NCBI GenBank assembly: GCA_023213395.1
Contig: CM041465.1
Span: forward strand, 225,005,741-225,069,740
DNA length: 64,000 bases
Direction of reading: 5' to 3'
From: Cycas panzhihuaensis
Taxonomy: Eukaryota; Plantae; Cycadophyta
Part shown: positions 26,501-37,993 of the stretch, piece by piece
Layout: the number at the start of each line of letters is the position of its first letter
Numbering within the stretch: the stretch's first letter is position 1
Made by a program: the position numbers and the translations under genes
The notes under the pieces: model-generated
Databases searched by the model: none
What the model was told of the DNA's origin: nothing
The model's input: only the letters and a program-made list of their open reading frames with translations

Positions 26501-26619
26501 ATTTATAAGAGGGCCACCTATTATTATATTATTTTGCCGCTAAGCTACCCACTCCCACATTCTTATTCTCCTTAACCCTTAACCTTCTACTCTATTACAT
26601 GTAGTATGGGGTCATTACA
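23513..26619 (-). mobile_element. Non-autonomous LTR retroelement (3.1 kb, 265-bp LTRs, gag remnant only)
   Basis: LTRs 23513-23777 and 26355-26619 (~17 mismatches), PBS TGGTATCAGAGC at 26341-26352, PPT AGGGGAGAGGGCA at 23778-23790, TSD ACGTA/ATGTA. Gypsy gag-like QLEGPLQSW...NWDLFTFVLRQH at 24059-24337; no pol motifs seen. Confidence 0.92.
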
Positions 26620-27276
26620 ATGTAGGGAACACAATGAGTAAATACATTAAAACAATGTGATTGTGGACTGAAAACACGTCAAAAACTAGGTGATTAAATC
26701 ATCGAAATCACATGCAAATTTTTTTATGACTATTAGTGTGATTGACAGACTAAAAAAGTTCTCAAAAAGATGAGATTTAATTGCATTTGAGTACAATTTA
26801 ATGGCCTAGGTCACCTCGCAGGGAGCCTAGAGTCACATACAACAAGAAAAGTTTTCACTTGAAGTGATAACCAATGCTTAACAACTGTAGTTTCTGGTCT
26901 GTGGGCCTCTCTTTGTGTACCTAACTAATATGCAAGAATTCATCACAAAAAAAGAGACACAAATTGGTGGGAACATCATTAACCAACTTCATTCATGGAA
27001 TAAAGGGCACTGCATCTGGTCCTCTCAGAACTAGACACAGGCCTGGGTATTTACAACTTGGGACAGCCCCTCACACGGTAGTCAAATCTCCGCCCAGATC
27101 TCTATGTACATATATGTGTGTTTATTCCTTTCTTATTCTCTCTTATATCTAGTTAATACATAGTTACATAACTAATTTTTTAGTTTCTGTTTTGTCCTTT
27201 CATTAACTAATGCTGCCCGCTGCCCAACTCTGCCTAAGCCGCCCTTCGGTCTGCCCAGGTTGCACTTTAGTCTACG

Positions 27277-27376
27277 GTCCTCACTGATTGCCACGGCAGT
27301 CCTCACTGGTTGCGGCAACAATCCTCACTGGTTGCGGCAATAGTCCTCACTGGTTGCGGCAACAGTCCTCACTGGT
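27277..27376. repeat. 22-bp tandem repeat in the 3' LTR (aCAGTCCTCACTGGTTGCGGCA)
   Basis: Three more units than in the 5' LTR, which explains the 531 vs 465 bp length difference (66 = 3 x 22). Confidence 0.9.
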
Positions 27377-27439
27377 TACACTTCACCTTTAACTAATATT
27401 ACCTCAAAATGGATATTTAGGCCGCACACATCTCCCCGG

Positions 27440-29253
27440 CAACCACTTTGAACGAGTGCCATACTCGTTCTCAGAACTTCAAAATACCAATTTCCTCAAT
27501 TCCTCCTTTGAGCTTCCCTGATCTTTGCCTTTTCCCTGCGTATGTATTCCATATCAGGTCTTGCTATTTGAGGAGGCAATCTCAACCCATTCTACTTCAC
27601 ATATTCACACAACAGAACAACATTTCGCATTGTATCTAGCAGAGCCAATGTTGGCCTTTCCCCAGAATGTAGCTGCTCAATTTCTTGATTGAACTCATTA
27701 TTCACCCTTTCTATTAATTTCAGCTGATCCCTATAACCATTGCGTTCCTTCCACAAATTCTTGCAATGCTCTGATTCTTCATCGGTTTTTATTATCCATG
27801 CTCCTAACCGATGATATACTGGTTGCATATCTGCAGGAATATACTTATCAAATCTTACCTTGAATTCCTCCAACTGTGGGCCTACTTCATTTATGTCATC
27901 TACCCAATCCATTATAAATTTCTTCAAGGAATCCAATTTTCCTTCAGTAATTTGGTGAATCCTTTTTAATGATTCTTCTGGTGGCCTCGCTCTGCTTTCT
28001 AATTCTGTAACCAGCTGCCTGGTTACCTTTGCCAAGAATGACGTCTTCCAATTTGTTACGTCCTATGCATCACATTCCATCAGATCCAACCCTTCCTCCA
28101 AAATTTCTTTATCTACATTAAACTCAATTTCTAGCGGTTGGTTATCCAATTTTTCTATGTTCTCTTTCTTTTACTTCTCTTGAGCCACTCTTCTCATTTT
28201 TTGTTTCTGTGTTTCACTATCCATTTCTATGGCTCTCTTAGGTCTTTCTTCCCTTCACTCCTCCTCCTCCGGCTCTACTTTGGTTGTTTTGTCTGCAATC
28301 CTGGCTACTTCTTCCTCTAGCAGCCTATCTTCTCCTTTGTCCTCCTCCTTCTGAGGTTCAGTGTAGCCCTGAATCCCTACTGCAACCTGTCTCATTTGGT
28401 ACAATCTTTGTACCCAATTATGGACTTTACTTTGCACTTCCTCCTAGTCTTCTAGGTTGTTGTTCGTCCAGTAGGCTAGCAGTGCTCATTCCTTCCTTCT
28501 TTTAGGCATGCTAACCTTCGAACACTGGTAAATAAGCAATCCCTGCAAGATTGTTACATAATAAAAAGAAACAGTTTTATTTGATTCTAAAACTGTTTGT
28601 AAATTTAATCTTATTCATTCCATCACAAATTTTGCCCAATTCAACAATTTCCCTTGAGCTACTCGATTAATCATTGTTCTTAAATTAGTTGGTACAAATG
28701 TGTTCTTCCGATTCAACACAATTTTGGTGAAAATCAAATGTGCTAAAAACTGCTTTTCCGGGGACCGAATCCCTGCTATCCTGATGCCTGAGGTAGAGGC
28801 AGCCTTACTCTCATCTCCAATTATCTCCGTGGCTTCTTCCCTAGGGATCTGTGTATCCCTCTTAATCACTTCACCTTACTTTGGAAGTCCAGTGACTTTT
28901 GCTATTATTTCGTTTGAAATTTGCACCATTTCTGGATATTCTGCAATTAGGGGAATTATTACTTGCAGGAATTTAATTGAGTTCGGCAAAATTCCTACCA
29001 TTATAAACTTATGCAGCCCTACTTTCGTAATCAATTTCTTCCTTTCATCCTTCTCGCTCATAACCTGCCATTCTGCCTGAATCCGTGGGTCATCATTCTC
29101 CCTGATCAACAATGTTCTCGTCATTCTTCTCAAACAGCAATTCAATACTTCAAGTGCAACCAACTGTTTTGCATTCCTTCTGTATCGGCGTCCTCTTTCC
29201 TCTTGTACAGCTAGAATGTAGGTGTTGCTTCTCAACTACAACTGCAACTTCAT
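27440..29253 (-). pseudogene. Accessory 3' ORF (~600 codons, unknown function, C-terminal coiled-coil-like region)
   Basis: ORF-track fragments 28876-29235, 28615-28869, 28255-28437 and 27592-28035 share one minus frame and are separated only by point stops. Lies between INT and the 3' LTR. Confidence 0.75.
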
Positions 29254-29924
29254 CCTCCTACAAAGTCCCTCAAGTGTATCCTACTGAGCCGCTTTCCTAC
29301 TACGTCCTGCCACTACCAGCCACGCTTCCCATTACGTAGTGTTCGCTTATTTCAAAGAACTTTAATTGTCCAAGATTTGGTGTGGATCGCTATCTCCTCT
29401 TCCACCGTTGTTTTCCTCACAAAAACCGTTACAAGCTTCTTCAATTATAGATGCCTTGTCCGTGGTCGATTTATTATGACGACTGGTAGTTATTTTATCT
29501 ATTACACCCATACCTTCCACGTTATCCATTTATCACCTTTGCGTCTGCGTCCCTTTCGAATTATTAAGACCCTTGTCACATCCATATGTCCTTATCTAGT
29601 TGATCATTATATTCTTCCACGTCTGCACTTTCATCCGCGTCTTCATCATCATATTGTCACCCATGTCTCAAGTTCGCATCCATCTTCAGATCTTGTCCAA
29701 TTTCCAATCATTAGCAGCACGTTTGCATCCACTCATCATGCCTACATCCTCATCCGCATCATGTCCATTCTGCATCCATGTCCTTACCTTACCTTGGCAT
29801 CATTTTACCTCAACCAGTAATCATTACTGTTTATGTTCATCAATCCTTAAAGCCTTCAACATTTTTGCTAAGGATATTTACCCCCTGGTTAATTCTGTTC
29901 CCACTTTTTTTTTTTTTTTTTTAA

Positions 29925-30870
29925 ATTATATTCGATACAACTTTAATCTACTACCTTTGACTAGCTTAGTCAATGGTTGGCCATCCAATTTCTACAATTT
30001 CACCGCTCCATTACCATGAATATGGTTAATTCTATAAGGACCTAACCATCTTATCTTCATTTTACCAAGTTTAAATTTAAATTTACTATCATACAGCAAT
30101 ACCAAATCATTTACCTTGAACTCAGGCCTTTTAAGGTGGCGGTCATGCCATGCTTTCCAGCTTTCCTTTTCCACTTTCAACTCTCACAATGCTCGTGCTC
30201 CGGTCTCGTCCAGCTTCATCAATTGAATCAATCGTTGGTCATAGGAAACTTTAGGCTCTGTCGTGAGATGCTGAGCCACTCTTAAACTCTCTGCTTGAAA
30301 CTCTAGAGGAACCACAACTTCCAATCCATAAACCAGTTGGAATGGAGTCTTCTTATGAGATCTTTTCTTCATGGTTCTCTATCTCGCCTGAGGCGAATGC
30401 AATTTCTACTGCCATTGCTGCCCATTACAGATTTTCATCAAGGTGATCTTCAAGATTTTATTCGTGCTTTCTACCTAATCATTCGCTCTGGGATAATATG
30501 GCGAAGATTTGCCATGTTGAATCAAAAATTCTATGGTCAAGTATTTGATTGTTTGATTCAGGAAAGCACCTCCTTGATCTGATACGATCTCCAAGGGACA
30601 GCCAAATCTCACTATAATAACTTCATACAAGAAGCGAGTTGTGCTTCTTACATCACATTTCCTCATAGGTTTGGCCTTTGTCCACTTGATCAAAAAATTT
30701 GTGGCCACTAATATGTATCTTGCATTCATCATTCTCACTGGGGGACTAATTGGTCCCACAAAATCCAATCCCCATTTTTCAAATGGAGCTTGGGCCAATA
30801 TAGGATGAAGAGGCATGAAATTTTGTTTCGATGGCTTCCCTGTTCGTTGACAAATATCACAAGATTTCAC
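29925..30870 (-). pseudogene. Integrase of the Athila-like element
   Basis: SCDICQR, PFEKWGLDFVGP, EIVSDQG, SSPYYPRAND, TPFQLVYG and RWLGPY (GPY/F module), with frameshifts. Confidence 0.9.
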
Positions 30871-32912
30871 CCATTTCTCGTTGTCTTGACGTGTTGGCCA
30901 CCATAATCCAAATCAATATCTTTACTGGTGGCTTCTCCTCCATGATGAGATGAAGCTATCCCTTCATGGGCTTCTCTCAAGATTGGCTCTACTTCATGTT
31001 GAAGTATGCATCTCCGCAGAACTTCATCGGACCCTAATTTATAAAGCATACCACCTATCAATTGAAATGGAAAAGTTTTCTTGATAAAACTTCTCCTTTC
31101 CGCCTTTTCCAATCCTCGAGGTGTTTGTCCCGTGGCTAGATATTCCGTGATTCCTTCATACCATGCTGGAATAGCTTCAATCGAGAACAGCTTGTGGTCT
31201 GGAAAATCATCGAACACACCTTCACCTGATTCTCCTTCTTTTATTCTCGATAATTGATCTGGTATGACATGCTTTTCACCTTTCTTCACCACAATCTTGA
31301 ATATAAATTCCTGGAATAACATTAGCCAGCGGCTAATTCTTCCCTGCAAGATTGATTTGTTAATCAGATGCTGCAAAGCTTGACGATCGACAAAAAATGT
31401 AAATGGATTTGCCAACAAATAGTGCCGGAATTTTTGCAAGGCATACACCATGCCTAATCCTTCACGTTCCATAACTGTATAGTTACACTCCGCGGATGTT
31501 AACTTTCTACTGGCAAAAGCAATAGGGAGATCTATTTTCTCGTCCGCTAGTTGAGCCAATACACAGTCGATGGCATACAGTGATGCATCTACATGTACAT
31601 GGAATGACTTGTTCCAGTCTAGAAACTTCAGCAAAGGGGCTTCCACTATCGTTTTCTTCAAAGCATCGAAAGATAGTTGTTGTCGCATAGTCCATTCCCA
31701 TTTAGTTGCTTTTTTCAGCAAAGACTCCAAGGGATAGGCTATCTGAGCATACTCTCTTATGAACTTCTGATAATATCCGGTCATTCCCAAAAAACCTTTA
31801 AGATTTTTCGGGTTTTTAGGGGCAGGAAATTTCAAGATTACTTCCACCTTTCCTGGATCTGTCATCAATCCTTCCTTTGAGACAATGTGTCCCAACAAGG
31901 ATCCAAATGGTACCATAAAGGTACATTTGTCTGGGTTCAAGCATAATTTATTTTCCCTATACAATTCCAACATTAGCCTTAATTGGAGCAAATGGTCCTG
32001 TATTCGGCTATACAAGGTCCAATCATCTAGAAACACTTCAATCACTTTCCCTAGCAATTTCTGAAAGATTTTTAAAATAATCCTTTGGAAAGTTGTTGGA
32101 GCATTTGTCAGCCCAAATGGCATGACCCTATAGGCATAAGTGCCCCATTCCGTGACGAATGTTGTCTTTAATTGATCACCTGCTGCAATCCAGACTTGAT
32201 TGTATCCACTAAAGTCGTCCGTGAATGAGAATATTTCATGCCCTGCCACCTTCTCCAACACATCTTCTGTGAAGGGTATAGGGAATGGATCTTTCTTTGT
32301 AGCTTTATTTAGAGCCCTATAATCAATGCATATGCGGAGTTTCCCATTCTTCTTAGGTACCACCACTATCGGGCTTACCCATTCACTGTTCTCTACCTCA
32401 AAGATGTAACCGGCTTCCAACAATTTGTCCAACTCAATCTTAACTTGTTTCTTATAATGTGGGTTCATCTTGTAAGGTCTTTGCCTTACTGGTCTTACAT
32501 TTTCCATCAAATCAATTTTATGCTCGCCTATTTCCGAGGGGATTCCCTTTACGTCTTTATAGGACCATGCAAAGACATCCTTGAATTCGCAAAAGAGGGA
32601 TGTCGCTTCTTGCATCATCTCGAGCTCCCAATAATCTCCTATCTGTATCCATTTTGGATTCTCTTTTGTTCCAACATTAATTGGTTTAAGTTGGAGCTTC
32701 TTCCCTTGCACTATTCTCCCATCCGGATTCAATTCATAGGCTGATGCCTGAAAAATCTCCTTATGTCCATATTCTGTAACAGAATATGTCTGTGGGAAGT
32801 TTCTTGCTTCTTCCTGACTTATTTGACAACAATTTTCCTTTTCCACAAAAGATACATTCTTTTGTTTAGAATTTTCAATCAAACAATTTCTCATTGCCAC
32901 ACTTCCAGACAA
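30867..32912 (-). CDS. Retroelement pol: reverse transcriptase, RNase H and start of integrase (681-aa open frame)
   Basis: WVSPIVVVPKKNGKLRICIDYRALN, YRVMPFGLTNAPTTFQ, VFLDDW, VHVDASLYA, FASRKLTSAECNY. The element is otherwise disabled. Confidence 0.9.
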   Translation of the reverse strand: MSGSVAMRNCLIENSKQKNVSFVEKENCCQISQEEARNFPQTYSVTEYGHKEIFQASAYELNPDGRIVQGKKLQLKPINVGTKENPKWIQIGDYWELEMMQEATSLFCEFKDVFAWSYKDVKGIPSEIGEHKIDLMENVRPVRQRPYKMNPHYKKQVKIELDKLLEAGYIFEVENSEWVSPIVVVPKKNGKLRICIDYRALNKATKKDPFPIPFTEDVLEKVAGHEIFSFTDDFSGYNQVWIAAGDQLKTTFVTEWGTYAYRVMPFGLTNAPTTFQRIILKIFQKLLGKVIEVFLDDWTLYSRIQDHLLQLRLMLELYRENKLCLNPDKCTFMVPFGSLLGHIVSKEGLMTDPGKVEVILKFPAPKNPKNLKGFLGMTGYYQKFIREYAQIAYPLESLLKKATKWEWTMRQQLSFDALKKTIVEAPLLKFLDWNKSFHVHVDASLYAIDCVLAQLADEKIDLPIAFASRKLTSAECNYTVMEREGLGMVYALQKFRHYLLANPFTFFVDRQALQHLINKSILQGRISRWLMLFQEFIFKIVVKKGEKHVIPDQLSRIKEGESGEGVFDDFPDHKLFSIEAIPAWYEGITEYLATGQTPRGLEKAERRSFIKKTFPFQLIGGMLYKLGSDEVLRRCILQHEVEPILREAHEGIASSHHGGEATSKDIDLDYGGQHVKTTRNG

Positions 32913-33059
32913 AGAATACAGGCAATCATTTTGAACTTTATTAAAAGAGGGAAATACAACATTTTCTTTTTGATTTTGTATTACAACGTTACCTTCTCTA
33001 CCTTGTTCCAGTTGCTATTGATCTGGACACAATTCCATAAGATAACATTTTAAGGACTT

Positions 33060-36000
33060 GTCCCCTATTTCTTCCCAAGCGAATTGCAACCAATCCAACA
33101 ATTATGTTGATGATGCTTCACTCAGAATTTGCGGGGGAGTCTTCATAGCCTGGAATGCCGTCTCTGAACAAGGACTTACTATGGTAGCCGCTGTTGCAAT
33201 AGTTGAGGATATTGTATCTTCCTCCTCTACCTTTTCAATATGCAGTCCATCTGAGCAAAGAGGTAGTACAACTTTCTTTCCTTTAGAATATAAGGTAAAG
33301 GTCAGCTTCCCCCAATCTTGCAATGCCTCTGTTGCCAATAGCCATGGTCGTCCCAAAAGTGCAGGGTATGTTTTGTTGTGATTTTGCATTCTAACAACTG
33401 CAAAATCCAAGCAAACCGTGATTCCCGCCACCGTCACTGAGATATTCAGCAAAGATCCCATTGTCGGACTTGCAATTGGTTTGCTAACCGAATTGCATAA
33501 TCCGAGGAAACCAATTCCGGCTGTCCCAGTGAAATCCATGTGGATTCAGGGAGCACATTCACTCCTGATCCACCATCTACTACTGTTCTACAAATCATTG
33601 CTCCACACAGAATCATCAGAACTCTTGGATCGATTGCATCTGTCTTCATTGCTTGCAACACTGGTTTCTCCATGTGATCCAAGATCATTTGCTGGAAGTA
33701 GCCGGCTTCCCACCATTTAAAAATAATAGTTATAGGAATGGATATATCTAACTCTATTAGCAATTCCTTTATGTCTTGCAATTTCTGCCAAGGATTCTTT
33801 TCCAATTGCCCATCATATGCTGGTGGTCGCCTTTGACATACTTGTCCTTTAAATCGGTTTGCTTGTTCAATCTCATTTAACTGCACCGTCCTTGTCACCT
33901 GTTCTATAGCTTCGACGGCTTCTTGCAATCTTTTATTTTCCACTATTGGATCAAGGAAGTTTTCTACACTTGTTGTGCCCATGATCCTTCCGCTTCTCGT
34001 TTGAATATACATTGGTTTCTCCTTGTATGGAATTTTGGTAGCCAAATTTGAAGTCTGCACTTTTAGACCAAAATTCTTTGGACAATTTGCCCACTCATGG
34101 TCTACTGGGCCGCATTCTTCGCAGATGTAGTCTTTCCCTTGCTTCTGTAATGGACAATCCGTCTTGAAGTGCCCCCATCTCGAACACAAATGACAACGAA
34201 CTGGCTTTGTCTTTCCCTTGTATTGCTTAAGGGAAGAAGTTTCTTTCTTTTGATAAAAAGATTCCCTTACTGGATTCTTATGGTAACATTCCCACGTATA
34301 ATGGTTTCCTCTCTTACAAATTTCACACCATCTCCTCTCCACCTGCTAATGCTCGTTTTTAAAATGGCCTGGTTGACCACAAGGTGGGGGGCACCAAATG
34401 TTTTCCCGAGATTTTTCCACTTTTAATCTTGCTATCTCTGTCCTTAGTCTTTCAATTTCTTCACTATGTTGATCTATTCTAGCAGGTGTTATTAAGGATT
34501 GTTGCTTTAGCATCTCTACCTCCTTTTTTAAAGCTTCAATTTCTGAATTTGTAGTCCACTAGGATAAGGATGTTTGCCCAAAATTCTGGGTTCCATTTTG
34601 CAAGTATGTTGTCCTCATTTGGGTTTCAAAACGTGACGCCTGTTCTTTGACCTGCTCATAGCTATTTAAGGGATGAAACATAATTTTCTCCTTTAAATGG
34701 GGTAGCAACCCTTGGACAAAATACTTTAGAGATAGCATTGGATTCATTGGTATAAGAGGATCCATTTCATTCAGGATAATTCTAAGTTTGCCATCAAAAT
34801 CATTGACTGACTCACCTGGCACTTGCCTAATTTCCTCCAAAGCCTGAAATATTGACATTGGATCTCTTAACCGCTGGAACCTGTCCAAGAATTGTGTTTG
34901 GACTACTTCCCAAGTGGGATTTGTCTTTGCTATGTACTGATACCATGCAATTCATCCCTCGCAAAGATGGAGAAGAATCTTGCCTTAATTTCCTTTGGGT
35001 CTTTGATCTTCTTAATCTTCAACATATTAGAGAATAGAGCTAGATGGTCTCCAGGATCTCCTAAGCCATCAAATTGTAAATGCCCAAACATCGCATCGTT
35101 CTGGACTATTACATATGGAGGAACTGTTTGGTTTCCTCCTCCCATTCCATTACCTTGAAACATTTTTTTCGGACCTGAAGATTCTGGTCCTTCCTACCCA
35201 GTTGTGTTAAATTCTCCCTCACTCCTTCCTTGCCTTAAGACTGCACTTTTTGGGCTCTCTTCCAAAAATGATGAACTTGAAAATCTCCCAGTCATTCTAT
35301 ACAAAGGATTTAGTACATGAGAATGCGATTCTTTTACCTCCACAACTTAACAGCCCCACCCTGTTGTGGAGGTACTATATACCTCCAAGTTGATTGACTT
35401 TCCTTCTTTTGTGGCAGTCTGATTTTCTTTAAATCTCTGCAAATTTTCTTCAAAACTCAAAGCTTCTTTCTGATTTTCTTCAAGTTCCAACAATTTATCC
35501 TTCTGATTTTCTTCAGAAGTCAGAACTTCTTGTTGATTTTCTTCAAGTTCCAGCTATTTATCCTTCTAATTTTCTTCAGAAGTCAGAACTTCTTGCTGAT
35601 TTTCTTCAAGATTCAGCAAATTGTTTTTCTGATTCTCTTCAGAATTTAGCAATTCCTCCTGATTTTCTTCAAGACTCCATAAATCCTTTTTCTGATTTAT
35701 TTCTATAATTTGCGAACTTTTCTTCTTTGTCTCTTTGTCTTCAAAATCTTACAGGTCTATCTGCCTTGCCTGTTTTGGCTCTTCTTCTTCTTCAGGAATC
35801 TGACATTCCTTGTTTTCTGTTTTCTTTTCTTCTTCAGGCTATTGCTTGTCCTCCTGGGCCTCCTCACTTCTACCACGTCCTGTGCGTGCAACTGGGGTCT
35901 GCCTTTCTTCCTGCCGCCCTTTCCAATTTCTTTTTTCCACCGGTTTTCTTTCTACCGGCTCCCTAGGTAAGCGGGTGCCTTCCTAGTTTTTCTCTGCTTC

Positions 36001-36063
36001 TGAGTGTTGACTTCTCTCTTGTCTTGATTCAACTTTCCTCAGCGCGTTAACCCTAGGTGGCAT
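33060..36063 (-). pseudogene. Gag-protease of the Athila-like element (stops and frameshifts)
   Basis: ATG at 36063 (MPPRVNALRK), capsid-like FDGLGDPGDHL and IRQVPGESVNDF...YFVQGLLP, three CX2CX4HX4C knuckles, PR VVDGGSGVNVL...ALLGRPWL. Confidence 0.85.
35420..35700 (-). repeat. 63-bp (33+30) in-frame tandem repeat in the gag N-terminal region
   Basis: Recurrent TGATTTTCTTCA; minus strand reads LELEENQQEVLTSEENQKDKL repeats. Confidence 0.85.
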
Positions 36064-36641
36064 GGAAAACCTCTGTTCTCAACAACGTCTCATCTTTCTT
36101 TTGGCTAGGATACTGACAACGAAACCAAGATGTGCACCTCTCTTTGTGTAACTAACTAATATGCATGAATTCATCACAAAAAAAGAGACACAAATTGGTG
36201 GGAACATCATTAACCAACATCATTCATGGAATAAAGGGCATTGCGTTTGGTCCTCTCACAACCAGACACAGGCCTGGGTATTTACAACTTGGGACAGCCC
36301 CTCACATGGTAGTCAAATCTCCGCCCAGATCTCTATGTACATATATGTGTGTTTATGCCTTTCCTATTCTCTCTTATATACGGTTAATACATAGTTACAT
36401 AACTGATTTTTCAGTTTTTGTTTTGTCCTTTCATTAACTAATGCTGCCCGCTGCCCGACTCTGCCCAAGTCGCCCTTTGGTCTGCCCAGGTTGCACTTTA
36501 GTCTGTGGTCCTCACTGATTGCTGCAGCAGTCCTCACTGGTTGCACTTCACCTTTAACTAATATTACCTCAAAATGGATATTTAGGCCGCACACATGATC
36601 AAAATTACACTTGCAAATTTTTTTTAATGTAAAAATGATAA

Positions 36642-36673
<32 letters not shown>
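36642..36673. repeat. (AAT)n microsatellite
   Basis: About 10 AAT units. Confidence 0.9.
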
Positions 36674-37993
36674 GATGTTTTTGTTAACTTCAAATGATAA
36701 AATATTGATAACTTTAAAAGATTAAAATTTAATAACAGATTGAAATAGAATATTCTTAGTATTTTCCTAAGTATATATGATAAAGTTGAAAAACATTGGC
36801 CATGCATCAAAGTTTTTGATTTTTTGTAGTTGGCGACATCAACCTTTGGTGACGAAGGCGAATCTGCGGCCGGAGATCAAATCCACTGGGTAGGAGCCAA
36901 CAGAGCATTAGATGCCAATGTAGACCAGATCTACGCAGTGTTTGGGAGCTTGCAAGAGAGTTGAAGCTTTTAGAGGAGAGCCACCAGAGAGGTGCAGGTT
37001 GCCCACACCGTAGGAAGAAACCACAGGCCGCCAATGGAGATTTACGAAGCTTTAAGGTAAGAGAGGAGCTGCCACAGAGTGTAGGATTTAAATGTGTGAC
37101 GCACAGTCGTCAACACTAGAGAGACGCCATGCAGATGCAGGTCACTCAATGATCATGAGAGGAGTCGCACGAAGGTGTGATGAAGTGTATGTGCACCACT
37201 AGACTTAGAAGGAGCTGCCAGTGTGTAAGGAGGATGCCCAACGTAGGAGGAGCTAATACTTCTTAGGAGAATTCGCCTAGCTAAGCAAGAGACTGCCCAA
37301 CCAGTAGATCAGATGTATTTGCTCATCCAACACTTAAAGGATGCCTCAGATCTTCTCATGAGTTGCTAATGAGAAATCTTCTTCACAGACTCCTGCACCA
37401 TGAAAATAAAGAGGCCAATATTCTCACAATAAAGTAACTAGGATCTCCTTCTCATAGTAAGTCACTGGGATCTCTTTAATAGTCATCAAATAAGCCAGCC
37501 ATCTACTACCCACAAGGAGGACTGTCACACATTGGGAGAGGCTGCAAAAATTAAGATTTAAATATTCACACTACTCAGTGAGAGTAGCCTTTGATAGAGG
37601 GCACTTTGTGAGAAAGAAACAATTCTTCCTTTTTTTGGTCTTGTCACCACCAAACAAATAGCCGGAAGAGAGACAAGAAGCATATTTTTTTTGCTCACAA
37701 TGTTAGCTTCTTCAAACACAAGACATGCAATTTTTTTTTTGCATATACTAATGTTCCAATAAAAAATTTTGCAAGTTTTTCCAAGTATGAAATCCTCTCA
37801 ATCTTTACAAGAAAACAAATTGTTGAATTCTTCAAATCAAACTTTAATTTAAAAATTTTCAAAATTAAATTTGAAATTTGAGACGAGGGTGAAAACTACT
37901 TTGTTGGATCGCCTTCATATGGCAAAGGTCATCACCAATAAGGAGAAGTGATACCTGCTTCTGCTCCTCAAAAAGCTAGCTCTGATACCAAAA

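Larger units (their letters stand above)
26900..36595 (-). mobile_element. Full-length Athila-like (non-chromoviral) Ty3/gypsy with a 3' accessory ORF
   Basis: LTRs 26900-27430 and 36131-36595, TSD TGGTC/TGATC, decayed PBS at 36110-36127. Order gag-PR-RT-RH-INT, Athila-type RH-INT linker (DQLSRI..DDFPDHKLF..PAWY), no archaeal-type RNase H insert seen. Confidence 0.93.

Noticed and set aside
27277-27376. CRISPR-like short repeats (also 40320-40395)
   Set aside because: Head-to-tail units without unique spacers, inside LTRs, in eukaryotic DNA with no cas genes.
28138-30019. Plus-strand ORFs of 60-147 aa
   Set aside because: Antisense shadows of the accessory ORF and its purine-rich spacer; no recognisable domains.
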